From: Tubulanus polymorphus | Lineage: Eukaryota > Animalia > Nemertea | Reading direction: 5' to 3' | Length of the DNA: 64,000 nt | Assembly (NCBI RefSeq): GCF_964204645.1 | Contig: NC_134029.1 | Coordinates: 8,582,850 to 8,646,849 of the forward strand | Shown here: piece after piece, positions 44,837-54,779 of the stretch | Layout: every line of letters begins with the position of its first letter | Numbering within the stretch: position 1 is the stretch's first letter | Notes under the pieces: model-generated | Database searches by the model: none | What the model was told of the DNA's origin: nothing | What the model saw: only the letters and a program-made list of their open reading frames with translations | Program-made: the position numbers and the translations under genes

Positions 44837-45190
44837 ATGAATATAACTGTTGGACCGAGTATATGTTTTGGATTTGATTTTAAACGTGAGAAAGAAATGA
44901 AATTTAACATTAATGATGTAATTACACATATTAAAAATATTGCATTTTCTAATGAAACAACATTTAAGTATGAAAAAACAATAGATAAAGAAACTTTTAA
45001 TGTAGAAAAGATTACTAATTTAATTAGAGAATCTTTAAGATTTTATGAATTAGATGAAGATTTTATCATCGATGATATTAAAAGAATAATAATTGAAATA
45101 TATACAAATGAAACTAGTAATGAAATAAATGTTGATTTAATCATAAATAAGTTAACTAAATATTTTGAAGATAGTAATTTTTTTGATTAA
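44837..45190 (+). CDS. Polinton hypothetical protein
   Basis: Intact 117-aa ORF starting at TAAATG. Confidence 0.6.
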   Translation: MNITVGPSICFGFDFKREKEMKFNINDVITHIKNIAFSNETTFKYEKTIDKETFNVEKITNLIRESLRFYELDEDFIIDDIKRIIIEIYTNETSNEINVDLIINKLTKYFEDSNFFD

Positions 45191-45193
45191 TAA

Positions 45194-45415
45194 ATGAGTG
45201 ATAATAAGTGGATAATAACTGGATTATATAATGGCACCTTACTATCAGTTGGAACTGTTGGTTATTCAATGGTATTTAAAAAAGTATTTAAAATGGGAAG
45301 TGTTAATGTTGATAGATTTGATATAAATGATATCTTAAAATTAACATTTGCAGTTACTTTATCTAATTTAACTATTGATTATTTAGAAAAACAAAAATAT
45401 ATTCCTCCCATATAA
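45194..45415 (+). CDS. Small hydrophobic Polinton protein
   Basis: 73 aa, TAAATG start, ends DYLEKQKYIPPI. Confidence 0.65.
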   Translation: MSDNKWIITGLYNGTLLSVGTVGYSMVFKKVFKMGSVNVDRFDINDILKLTFAVTLSNLTIDYLEKQKYIPPI

Positions 45416-45439
45416 ATACATAATTTTTTTGTTAAATAA

Positions 45440-45862
45440 ATGGCTTCTGCAATTATAACTATTATAGGATCGGCAATTGTTAACGCTTTAGCATTTACTG
45501 GTGGTGGATATTTATTTAAGCATATTGATAAAAATGGATCATTAACAGAACAAAAAAGACATAACTTAGCATTATAGAAATACAATAAAGCAGCAGAAGA
45601 ATATAGAGAAAAAAGACAAAACTATATGGATTATATTAACAAGGAATTATATGATCAGAAGATTTCACATAGAGATTTTCAATCAGTTGATGATGCAATG
45701 AGTTTATATAACGCGGTAACAAATAAAGAAAAATTACATCTATACAAACCTAAATTATCAGATTGTTATACCCCAAGTAAAGAACAACAGAAATATGAAA
45801 TAATATGGATTTTAGGTGGAACTGTTATTGTTATATTTGTAGCATATAAATTTACTAATTAG
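45440..45862 (+). pseudogene. Polinton membrane-associated protein (NALAFTGG...KRHNLA), one nonsense codon
   Basis: ATG 45440 is in frame with ORF 45626-45862 across TAG at 45575-45577. Hydrophobic N- and C-termini. Confidence 0.7.
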
Positions 45863-45881
45863 TAATTTTTTTTCTAAATAA

Positions 45882-46316
45882 ATGGAAGATAAAGTTGATA
45901 GTATTGATATTATTCCTCATGATATAAATAAAACTAAATTATAAATATATTTAGAAAAACAAATATTAGAATTTGAAAGTGACTTAAAGATAAAAAAGAA
46001 AAAATATTTAAAAAGTAAAATTATATATTATTTGATTATAAGTGGTTCGGTTACAATTAGTTCTGTAATAACATTTCTAGCAATATTCAGTCCATTTACA
46101 CCTTTAGCTATATCAATTGGTGTATCAGGATTAAGTTCAAGTGTTTTAACTGGTATAAGTTCAAAATTAAATATAAAAAGTAATAAAGAAAAAATTAAAA
46201 CTAATATAAAAGAAATTAATAAATTAAAGAATACACTAGATTATATAATAAGTTTAAAAGGTCATATAACAGTTGAAGAACAAGATAAATTATTAAAAGA
46301 ATTAGTTAATTATTAA
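45882..46316 (+). pseudogene. Two-TM-segment/coiled-coil protein, one nonsense codon
   Basis: TAAATG start at 45882 is in frame with ORF 46032-46316. Confidence 0.6.
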
Positions 46317-46332
46317 TTTTTTTATTATATAA

Positions 46333-47641
46333 ATGGGGTTTCCAAAAGCTTTCCGATATAATAAATCACATGAATATTATAAATATAATACTCCAGCAAT
46401 AGATTTTAGTAACATGATAATATATAAAAATTTAGTTTTACCTTCATTGATTAATTTAGAAATTTATGTTACTGAAACAAACTATTTTATTTCTAAAATG
46501 GAAAATATATTTAATACATATGAAGTTACTTTTACTCGAGATGAATATAATATATATAAAGTAAAATCTAATATGAAATATTGGCAGAATCAATTAAATG
46601 TTGCTGTTCATTGTGCAACAGCTGGTTGTGGTGTAAGTTGGCATGATCACTTGAATAACTTAGATAAGAATTTGAAATATTCTGATTTAAAATTCATTCA
46701 TACAATATTTAGATTTCATGTATACTTTCAAATTAGAATTATATTAAATGAATTTGAATGCCCTTTACCTGGATCAAAATATTTTAAAGAATTGGATAAT
46801 AATATTAATCTATCTAAGTTTTATAAAATATGTAATGAATTTTATAAATATTAATTTCGATTTTAAAGCGCATGGTAAATTGCAAGGTGTTGGTGAAGAG
46901 TTTGAAATAAAAAGAATTGATTATATGCATAGAATTAGAGCTTATCATAATTATAAAATTGATAATAATAATGGTTGGGTTTATTTTATTGAATCTTATA
47001 GTGAAGGATTCACAAAACCTGGAATACAAAGAATAAATCAATCAATTAGAACTTATTTGATATGTATTTTAGGTGCGCAAGTTGAAACAAGATCACCAAT
47101 AGTTGGAAATAATAGTACTTCATTTGATGCGCAAAAACAATTCAAAGTTTTATTTGAAGATTCCATTCATAATGATAAAAATAGATCGATTCCAGAAAAC
47201 ATTGTAAGATATCAAAATTATTTAGATAAATCTCACGTAAGACTAAATTATTGTATAGGCCCTAATCTATTAATTATTTCTAATGATTTAGTATTAAAGA
47301 TGGGAAAAATAATTGGTTATAATAATCTAATTAAAACTGCAACAATAAATAATTCAATTGGATTAGATGATATAAATAAAAAGATTATTACTGCTCCAAA
47401 ATTAATGGAAGGTGAAAAAAATAAAAAACATATTCAATCAACAGAAACTAAAACTAAGAATATTAAATTGGATAATGATTCCAAAATAAAAGATTACAAT
47501 ACTACAGAAAATATTAAAACTGATAATATTCAACATGATATAATAAAAACTGATAATGATAATAAATTACATGAAAATACTAAATTAGCTTTAACTTGTA
47601 TAGGAATTGTTATAGGAGGAATATTATATTTTGAATTTTAA
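46333..47641 (+). pseudogene. Polinton protein (WQNQLNVAVHCATAGCG) with C-terminal TM, frameshifted near 46850
   Basis: Two overlapping ORFs (173 and 297 aa) with a single TAAATG start. Confidence 0.65.
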
Positions 47642-47657
47642 TTTTTTTATTATATAA

Positions 47658-49108
47658 ATGGATGTAGAAGGTGGAGAAGATATTGGAATGGATCCTTTTG
47701 ATGAACCTGGCATAACTGATGAACAACAACCTGATTTTAGTGAAACAAGTTTTAATGACGGTAATGAGCCAGGATATAATAATAATTTAAATATGCCTGA
47801 TTATATTAAAAATGCAGAATCACAATTAAATCCTGAAAATTGAAACCCAGATTTAGTAAAACAAGATTTAGATAATTTAAACAAAATACCTAAATTAGAA
47901 GATTTAATTGAAAAATCTAAACTTAACATAAATGATGAAGACGTTGGACTTTTAGCAGATCAATTAAAATTTCTAGATAATGGTAAATGTTATTATCGTT
48001 TGAAAGATGATTATTATATTGATATCACTTATAAAAAAAAATAATAACAAAATTAACTTTGAGAAAATTAGATCCAGATAGAATTAAAAGAATTAGTAAT
48101 AGTAATGTAATAACTGATGTTATAAAACAAGAATTAACTGATAATGATATAGACGTATTCAAACAAAGAATTAATGAATTATTTGAAATAATCAAAAAGA
48201 AATCAGAAACAGAAACAACTTCTGAACAGAATATAACTTCCAAAACTAGTAAACTTAAATCAAATAAAGTTCCAATTGAAAAACTTTTACCGAATGGATT
48301 ACTTGATGCAACAGATCAAGAATTAGAAGATTTAGATATATTTTCTGATAAAGCAATTAGAGAAATTATTAGTATAAGACTTGCATCTGATAAAATTGCG
48401 CATGATAAAAGTATAAGAGATTTTAAGATTAGAACTTTAGAAAAAGAATTAACTGATAAAAATAAAGAAATAGAAAAAATAAAGTCTGATTTAGATCATC
48501 AAGTAATTGATGAAATAGAATATAGGCAAAAAGAATTACGTTTAGAAAAAGAAAAAGATGATTTAGAATATAACATAGAATTACAAAAAGAAGAAATTAG
48601 ATTATTATTAAAATCATATGATTATAATATTAATAGATTAAAAGATGTTTTTAAAAGATATCTAATAAAACCAGATTCTAAAATATCATTGAAAGATAGA
48701 ATAAAATTATTATTTAAGTTTGAAGGAATAACAATTCTTTCAATTCTAACAGCTGTAACTATGTTATTTACAACAATTGGTTTAGCAATATCAAATGCTT
48801 TAAAATCTACTCCTACTCCCAATAAACCAGATAAACCTCCAGATAATAATTCTATACAAGATAAAGTTAAAGATGGTTTAAAGAAATTAGCAAAATATTT
48901 ATTGGAACTATCTAAAAAATCTGCTGCAGCATTACCAGGAATTATTGCATCAATTGTTGGTTTTATATTGAAATCTGCTGGGAATATTCTTAACTTTGCT
49001 GCTGAACATATTATTTTATTTTTAATTACAGTTGTAAGTGCTATTATTTTTGGGTTAGTGAATATGATATCAAAAAGATATCAAGAAAAAATAATAAAAA
49101 ATAAATAA
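47658..49108 (+). pseudogene. Acidic N-terminus/coiled-coil/hydrophobic C-terminus protein, disrupted
   Basis: Single TAAATG start at 47658, TGA at 47841, frameshift near the A-run at about 48035, then a 349-aa coiled-coil + TM portion. Confidence 0.6.
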
Positions 49109-49128
49109 TTAATTTTTTTGTTAAATAA

Positions 49129-50376
49129 ATGAGTGGGAGTTATATAAGTCCTTCTAAGATTTCTAGAATATCTAATGCTATTAAAGCAGAAAGATCACAT
49201 CATATAATTACTCATAATCCTTCAAATATTAATCCCGATGAAACTTTATATGTTAGAATTCCTCGATTAACACAAAATACTTTTTATGTTCCAAATAGTA
49301 TTTATTTATCAGCTGATATAAAAGTAATTGGTCATGATAATAATTATGTTGTTGATAATGTTGGGAGATATTTGATTAAAAAATTAACTATAAAGATTGG
49401 TCCAGAAACAGTTTTCTCATTAGATGATTATAATTTATTTATGCATTATAAAGATTTATGGTTAACTAAAGAAAATAGAAATAATATAATATTTCAGGGT
49501 ATTCAATCGGAAAACCATAATAAATTAAGATCTGAAGCCAATAATGCAGTAGTAACTAATGCTGTAGATAATCTGATTAAAAAGATTTATGGAAGCAAAT
49601 ATAAAATTCCATTAGACTTTGAATTGATAAATAATAATGCACCTTTATATAAATATGTAATTCAAGAAGGTATTATATTTGAGATAACATTTGCTCCTGT
49701 AAATGAAATTGTATTATCTAGCGTTGTTAAAGATATGGGTTATAAATTATCAAATATATGTTTAGAATATGACACAGTAACTAATGAAAATATTGCTAGC
49801 ACAATTCAAACTCAATACAATCAAGGATTTTCATTATTATATGATTATATTGATAAATTTAAAACTGTAACTATCAATGCAAATGATGAAATAATTAATG
49901 AGAATATTAACTTCCCAAGAAGATCTATTAAAGGTATATTAATATTTTTTACCATTGCAACATATTCTAATGGCGCAATAAAGGTTGATAATTATTATAA
50001 TCCTGAAATAACAAAAGTAGAAATAACTATCGAAGGAATAGCAAATAAAATATTTTGTCAAGGAATGAGAATGATTGATCAATGGCCAGAAATTAGAAAA
50101 CATTTTATGAATGAAAAAGTAAAATCATTTGAAAATTGTAATATTAATCAAATTGATTATTATACCGGCAATAAATACGCACTATGGTTAGATTTTAGAA
50201 CAACAGAGGATAATTCATTACATGGTTCTGGGAAAAAACTACAGAACACAAAAAATGGAATACAATTATTCATGAAAAAGAAAAAAGGAAGCTTAAATTT
50301 TAAAATGCACATATATATTATATCTGACGCACAATTAAATATTGTAAATTTACAATTAGGTAGTATTCAATATTAG
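49129..50376 (+). CDS. Putative major capsid protein (double jelly-roll)
   Basis: Intact 415 aa, beta-strand rich (NPSNINPDETLYVRIP, LSNICLEYD, NINFPRRSIKGILIFF, ALWLDFRT). Lies next to the integrase and ATPase genes. Confidence 0.75.
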   Translation: MSGSYISPSKISRISNAIKAERSHHIITHNPSNINPDETLYVRIPRLTQNTFYVPNSIYLSADIKVIGHDNNYVVDNVGRYLIKKLTIKIGPETVFSLDDYNLFMHYKDLWLTKENRNNIIFQGIQSENHNKLRSEANNAVVTNAVDNLIKKIYGSKYKIPLDFELINNNAPLYKYVIQEGIIFEITFAPVNEIVLSSVVKDMGYKLSNICLEYDTVTNENIASTIQTQYNQGFSLLYDYIDKFKTVTINANDEIINENINFPRRSIKGILIFFTIATYSNGAIKVDNYYNPEITKVEITIEGIANKIFCQGMRMIDQWPEIRKHFMNEKVKSFENCNINQIDYYTGNKYALWLDFRTTEDNSLHGSGKKLQNTKNGIQLFMKKKKGSLNFKMHIYIISDAQLNIVNLQLGSIQY

Positions 50377-50406
50377 AAATATAAAGTTAAAATTAACGAT
50401 ATATAA

Positions 50407-51534
50407 ATGGGCGGTAAAAAAACTCCTAATACTAAAGAACAATATCTAATAAATTTATATTACAACCCTGAGAGTTCGGTTGCTTATTCTTCTACCAAAA
50501 ATATATGGCGTCAAGTAAAACAAGATAAATTAGATAAGATAATCCCACAAAATTTAGTTAAATATAAAGATATAAATGAATTTATGTTAGAACAACCAAC
50601 ATACGCAACACATAAAAAAATTGTTAGAAAATATAAAACTCGTAAAACTATGGTAAGTTATGTAGATCAACAGTGGCAAGGAGATTTAATTGATATGAAA
50701 AATGTTAAGAAAGATAATGATGATTATTGGTGGTTATTGAATATAATTGAAATTTTTAGTCGTTATGTATGGAGCTTCCCACTTTATAGAAAAGATGCTG
50801 TACAAACATCAAATGTTTTAAGAAAATTTCTTTCGGATGATAAACTAAAACCAGAAAAAATACAATTTGATGATGGAAAAGAGTTTGATAATTCACTTGT
50901 TCATGAACTCTTAGATAATCATAATATTGAATATTTTTCAACAAAATCGGATAAAAAAGCAGCAGTTGTTGAACGATTTAATAGAACATTAAGAACAAGA
51001 ATGTGGAAATATTTTACAGCAAATAATACTTTTAAATCGATTGATGTTTTACCAAAATTGATAGAAGGATATAATAATTCTTATCATTCTTCTATTGGAA
51101 TGAAACCTATTGATGCTAGAAAACCTGAAAATGCTGAAATTGTTTGGAATAATTTATATGGAGCATTTCTTGTAGATGATTTTGGTGAACCTAAATTTAA
51201 AGTTGGTCAAAATGTTAGAATTTCTAAGTATAAAAAGATATTTGATAAAGGATACGATCGAAATTTTACTAGAGAAATATATAAAATAAAAAAGGTAATA
51301 ACAACAAAACCATATGTCTATAAATTAGAAGATTTAGATGGTGAAGAAGTTGATGGCTACTTTTATGAAGAAGAATTAAGTTTAACTACTGAAAATCTAG
51401 AACAAGAATATAAAATTGAAAAAGTATTAAAGACAAAAACTATTAAAAGAAAAAAATATTCTTTAGTAAAATGGGTTGGATGGCCAGATAAATTCAATGA
51501 ATGGATATTATCAAGTAAAATTAAAAATATATAA
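50407..51534 (+). CDS. Retroviral-like (rve) integrase with C-terminal chromodomain
   Basis: DDE triad WQGDLID / QFDDGKEF / VVERFNRT. Chromodomain EYKIEKVL...LVKWVGWPDKFNEWI. Consistent with the 6-bp TSD. Confidence 0.95.
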   Translation: MGGKKTPNTKEQYLINLYYNPESSVAYSSTKNIWRQVKQDKLDKIIPQNLVKYKDINEFMLEQPTYATHKKIVRKYKTRKTMVSYVDQQWQGDLIDMKNVKKDNDDYWWLLNIIEIFSRYVWSFPLYRKDAVQTSNVLRKFLSDDKLKPEKIQFDDGKEFDNSLVHELLDNHNIEYFSTKSDKKAAVVERFNRTLRTRMWKYFTANNTFKSIDVLPKLIEGYNNSYHSSIGMKPIDARKPENAEIVWNNLYGAFLVDDFGEPKFKVGQNVRISKYKKIFDKGYDRNFTREIYKIKKVITTKPYVYKLEDLDGEEVDGYFYEEELSLTTENLEQEYKIEKVLKTKTIKRKKYSLVKWVGWPDKFNEWILSSKIKNI

Positions 51535-52143
51535 ATGAATAAGGAATTATTTATATTTGAGCCTCATAATATGTTAATTTCTGGTGTAACAAATTGTGGA
51601 AAAACTTATTTTATATTAAATTTATTAGAAACTGTTTATGAAAACTATTTTGATAATATAGTATTATTTTGTCCAACATATGAATTTAATCAACCTTATG
51701 ATAGAAATATTACTAGAAATAATAAATTTATTATATTAGATCCTAAAACAGTAAAAGAAAATTTAGATAATTGTATTAAAATAGCAATAGATATTTATAA
51801 AGGATCAAATACATTATTCATTATAGATGATTGTGCTTATCTACATGATTCAAAAGTTAGAGAGAGTGAGTTATGCTATTTAGCTTTTTCTGGCAGACAT
51901 TTTGGGATAACAACTTGGGTTTTAAATCAAAAATATAATTCAATTGTTAAAGACTTTAGAGAAAACATTAGATTTCTAGTTTTATTCTACAATAAAGATA
52001 GAAAATCGATGAAAAATGCACTTGAGGAAAATGATATTATTCCACATGATTTACATAATGAATATATGGATAAGTTGAAAAATATTAAAAGATCAAAATT
52101 ACTATTTAGATTACAACACCCATTTAAATATGAATTTATTTAA
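51535..52143 (+). CDS. A32/FtsK-like genome packaging ATPase
   Basis: Walker A GVTNCGKT, Walker B LFIIDD, SGRH motif, LNQ. Confidence 0.9.
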   Translation: MNKELFIFEPHNMLISGVTNCGKTYFILNLLETVYENYFDNIVLFCPTYEFNQPYDRNITRNNKFIILDPKTVKENLDNCIKIAIDIYKGSNTLFIIDDCAYLHDSKVRESELCYLAFSGRHFGITTWVLNQKYNSIVKDFRENIRFLVLFYNKDRKSMKNALEENDIIPHDLHNEYMDKLKNIKRSKLLFRLQHPFKYEFI

Positions 52144-52145
52144 AT

Positions 52146-52420
52146 TCAACTAGCTTGTTAATCTAGTTGAATTCTAGTTACATTCTAGTTGAATTCTAGT
52201 TATTGGTAGTTGTAACAAAAATCAACTAGATTTAACAATATTTTAACTAGCTTGTTAATCTAGTTTAATTCTAGTTACATTCTAGTTGAATTCTAGTTAT
52301 TAGTAGTTTGAACAAAAATCAACTAGATTTAACAAGAAATAAATAAAAACAACAATATTTCAACTAGCTTGGTAATCTAGTTGAATTCTAGTTGCATTCT
52401 AGTTGAATTCTAGTTGCAAC
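52146..52420. repeat. Three ~100 bp repeats built from AACTAG/CTAGTT/GAATTC modules
   Basis: AACTAGCTTGxTAATCTAGTT...ATTCTAGTTGAATTCTAGTT recurs at about 52148, 52245 and 52362. Confidence 0.85.
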
Positions 52421-52447
52421 ATCACAACTAATTTTTTTGTTATATAA

Positions 52448-52960
52448 ATGGTAGGTGAAAAGAAAATAAAATCTAAAAATGGTGATGTTCAAATTGAAAA
52501 AACTTTAGATGATTTAGGAATAACAGAAACAAAATTAACTCCAGATGATGGTGCTTTAAATAATGTTACAACAAATAATAATTATGAATATTATCTTTAT
52601 TGTAAACATCAATTAGAAATATTAATAGCATCTGAAAATGCAAAAATTTTGTCGGTAAAAATTTAACTTATAATGAATTAGATACAATGAAATCAGATGA
52701 AATTATTAGATTATCTAAGATTTATGAAGCCGCGAGAACAGCTAGAATTAATGACGCGATATCAGGAAATGTAGTAAAAGGTTATAGTAAATCATGTAAT
52801 TATATACTACTAATTGAAGATGAAAATAGATTATATTTTATTTAAAAAATGATTATTTAGTTATGACTGAATTAAATAAATGGATTGGATATTTATAATT
52901 TCAATTAGGTGGATTTATGACATTATTATCAACTGGGGTTATAACATTTTCAAATATTGA
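52448..52960 (+). pseudogene. Polinton hypothetical protein, frameshifted
   Basis: TAAATG start. Coding-like sequence continues in other frames after 52666. Confidence 0.45.
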
Positions 52961-52983
52961 AATTAAAAATATTTCTATAATAA

Positions 52984-53352
52984 ATGAGCGAGGTGGAAGA
53001 AGTGAAGGAATTAACTATGAAGAAAAAACCGAGATCACAGAAACAAATTGAATGGTCTCGGCAATTAGGGATTAAATCACAAGAATATAAAAAAGCTGTA
53101 AAAGAAAAAATAAGTAATAAAAATGTTAATAAAAATAGTGAAAATATTGTTATTTCTACTCCTTCTAATGATAGAATATTTGATAAATGTCTATATTTTA
53201 CAGTTGGATTTGTAATTGTATTCATTTTGATTGGGTGTAATTGGTATAAGAAATCAAATAAAATTCACGATATTAATAATTCTGAAACAACTGCTATTAA
53301 AAATGAAAATACTTCTGAAATTCCAAAATTGATAATGAAAAAAATGGATTAA
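52984..53352 (+). CDS. Polinton protein with basic N-terminus and one TM segment
   Basis: 122 aa, TAAATG start, YFTVGFVIVFILIG. Confidence 0.65.
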   Translation: MSEVEEVKELTMKKKPRSQKQIEWSRQLGIKSQEYKKAVKEKISNKNVNKNSENIVISTPSNDRIFDKCLYFTVGFVIVFILIGCNWYKKSNKIHDINNSETTAIKNENTSEIPKLIMKKMD

Positions 53353-53514
53353 TATTTTAGAAAAAAAGCAAAAAAAAATAATTTTTTTTAATTAATTGAA
53401 TATTAATTGAATATCTCACTACTTTTGTCTATCTATGAGGCGCAATTAAATTGTCCAGATAAGTCATTTCGGATTCTAGATATTCATTATTTTTATTAAT
53501 TTATTTTTTTAAAT

Positions 53515-53841
53515 TTAATCAACAATTTCTAAATCATGATGGCCATCTTCATTTTTTCCATGATAGATTATTTTAAATCCTTCTAAATCTTTTAATTCCT
53601 CTGTACTCAATGAAGCCCATTTATCAGGTAAAAATACTTTAAATTCTCGCGATGTACTAACATTACAGTAGCTTAAATTCGCTGATACTTTCTCTCCATA
53701 TTTAGTTTTTATCTTTTCTAATTTCAATATTTTATGTTCAATTTCTTTTGTAACATCAACTAACTTTTTTATTTCAAATTGTTCTTTTGCTGGTTTTATT
53801 CTGTTATTTATTGTTGCTAAGAATGCTTTTCTATCTCCCAT
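53515..53841 (-). CDS. Small protein, possibly OB-fold ssDNA-binding
   Basis: 108 aa with a TKYG...VFLP pattern, preceded by the 22-bp motif and TAAATG. The function is inferred. Confidence 0.55.
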   Translation of the reverse strand: MGDRKAFLATINNRIKPAKEQFEIKKLVDVTKEIEHKILKLEKIKTKYGEKVSANLSYCNVSTSREFKVFLPDKWASLSTEELKDLEGFKIIYHGKNEDGHHDLEIVD

Positions 53842-54211
53842 TTATAAGGAAAACAAATTACTTGTGGTGATGAGTGGGATTACTTCCCCCTATATAACAA
53901 GCACGCTATTAACCGTTCTCACCCAAGCCTCACAGCATCTATTTATACGGGCACAGTTGACCCGCAATCACTGTACTACAGTAATAGCATGCGCGTTAAT
54001 AACCGTTCTCAGTAGCGACTCACTGTATCGATCTATCCACGCGCAGCTGTTGTTACGCGCACTCACTGTATATGTGTATCACAGAGCAATCGTCCGTTCT
54101 CACAAGAGCCTAGCTATGATGAGTGGTGTCTCATACCCGGTTAATATTTTATTTTGAGTTATGATATTTTGAATTAAGATGGTGTGATTTATTGCTTCGA
54201 GTATAATATTT

Positions 54212-54694
54212 TCAACAATCACATAACACTTTTTCATTAGGTTCATATTTAGGTGTAACAATTTCATTATCTAAGTTACATTGAACTGCAACATCTTTAT
54301 ATGATTTTTCATTAACTAATCCACATTGAATACCAATATTTGATGAATTTTCATTATAGATAATTTGTTTATCATCGAAATAATCTATTCCTAAAACATT
54401 ATTACTTAAATTTTGATAGTGTTTTTGTGATTCGAGATGTCTTTTATAATTCCTTTTTGTTTTAAATTTATCACAAACTTCACATTTTATTTCATCCACA
54501 TTCATATTTTCTAATCTTTCTTTTCTTTCATTGGAATTTTCTGGAGTTTCAAAATCTATTACATTTTTTATATGATTTGCAGTTTTTTCGTGTCGTGTTT
54601 TATGAGATGTATCGATGTATTTTTTACAATATGTGCAATGATATTGATTTTTATTAACATTATTATTTTCTGGCTGGTGTTCATTCTCCCCCAT
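54212..54694 (-). CDS. Zinc-finger protein starting inside the right TIR
   Basis: First ~109 aa are nearly identical to the PolB N-terminus (two CxxC...H...H fingers). The unique C-terminus is homologous to ORF 62955-63608. Confidence 0.65.
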   Translation of the reverse strand: MGENEHQPENNNVNKNQYHCTYCKKYIDTSHKTRHEKTANHIKNVIDFETPENSNERKERLENMNVDEIKCEVCDKFKTKRNYKRHLESQKHYQNLSNNVLGIDYFDDKQIIYNENSSNIGIQCGLVNEKSYKDVAVQCNLDNEIVTPKYEPNEKVLCDC

Positions 54695-54779
54695 TTATTA
54701 GGAAAAAAAATTACTTGTGGTGATGAGTGGTGTCTCGTCCTCTCGTCCTCTGGTATGAAAGCCTACTTTTCCTATTACT
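54367..54779 (-). repeat. Right terminal inverted repeat (413 bp)
   Basis: Reverse complement of 37608-38020, followed by TSD TACAGT. Confidence 0.93.

Larger units (their letters stand above)
37608..54779 (+). mobile_element. Complete Polinton/Maverick (adintovirus-like endogenous virus), 17,172 bp, partly decayed
   Basis: Termini AGTAATAGG...CCTATTACT, 413-bp TIRs, 6-bp TSD TACAGT (37602-37607 and 54780-54785), abrupt switch to very AT-rich DNA. Encodes pPolB, rve integrase, packaging ATPase and capsid-like proteins. Confidence 0.97.

Noticed and set aside
37608-54779. AT-rich block as contamination or a chimeric join
   Set aside because: Precise TIRs, a 6-bp TSD and an empty paralogous site show genuine integration.
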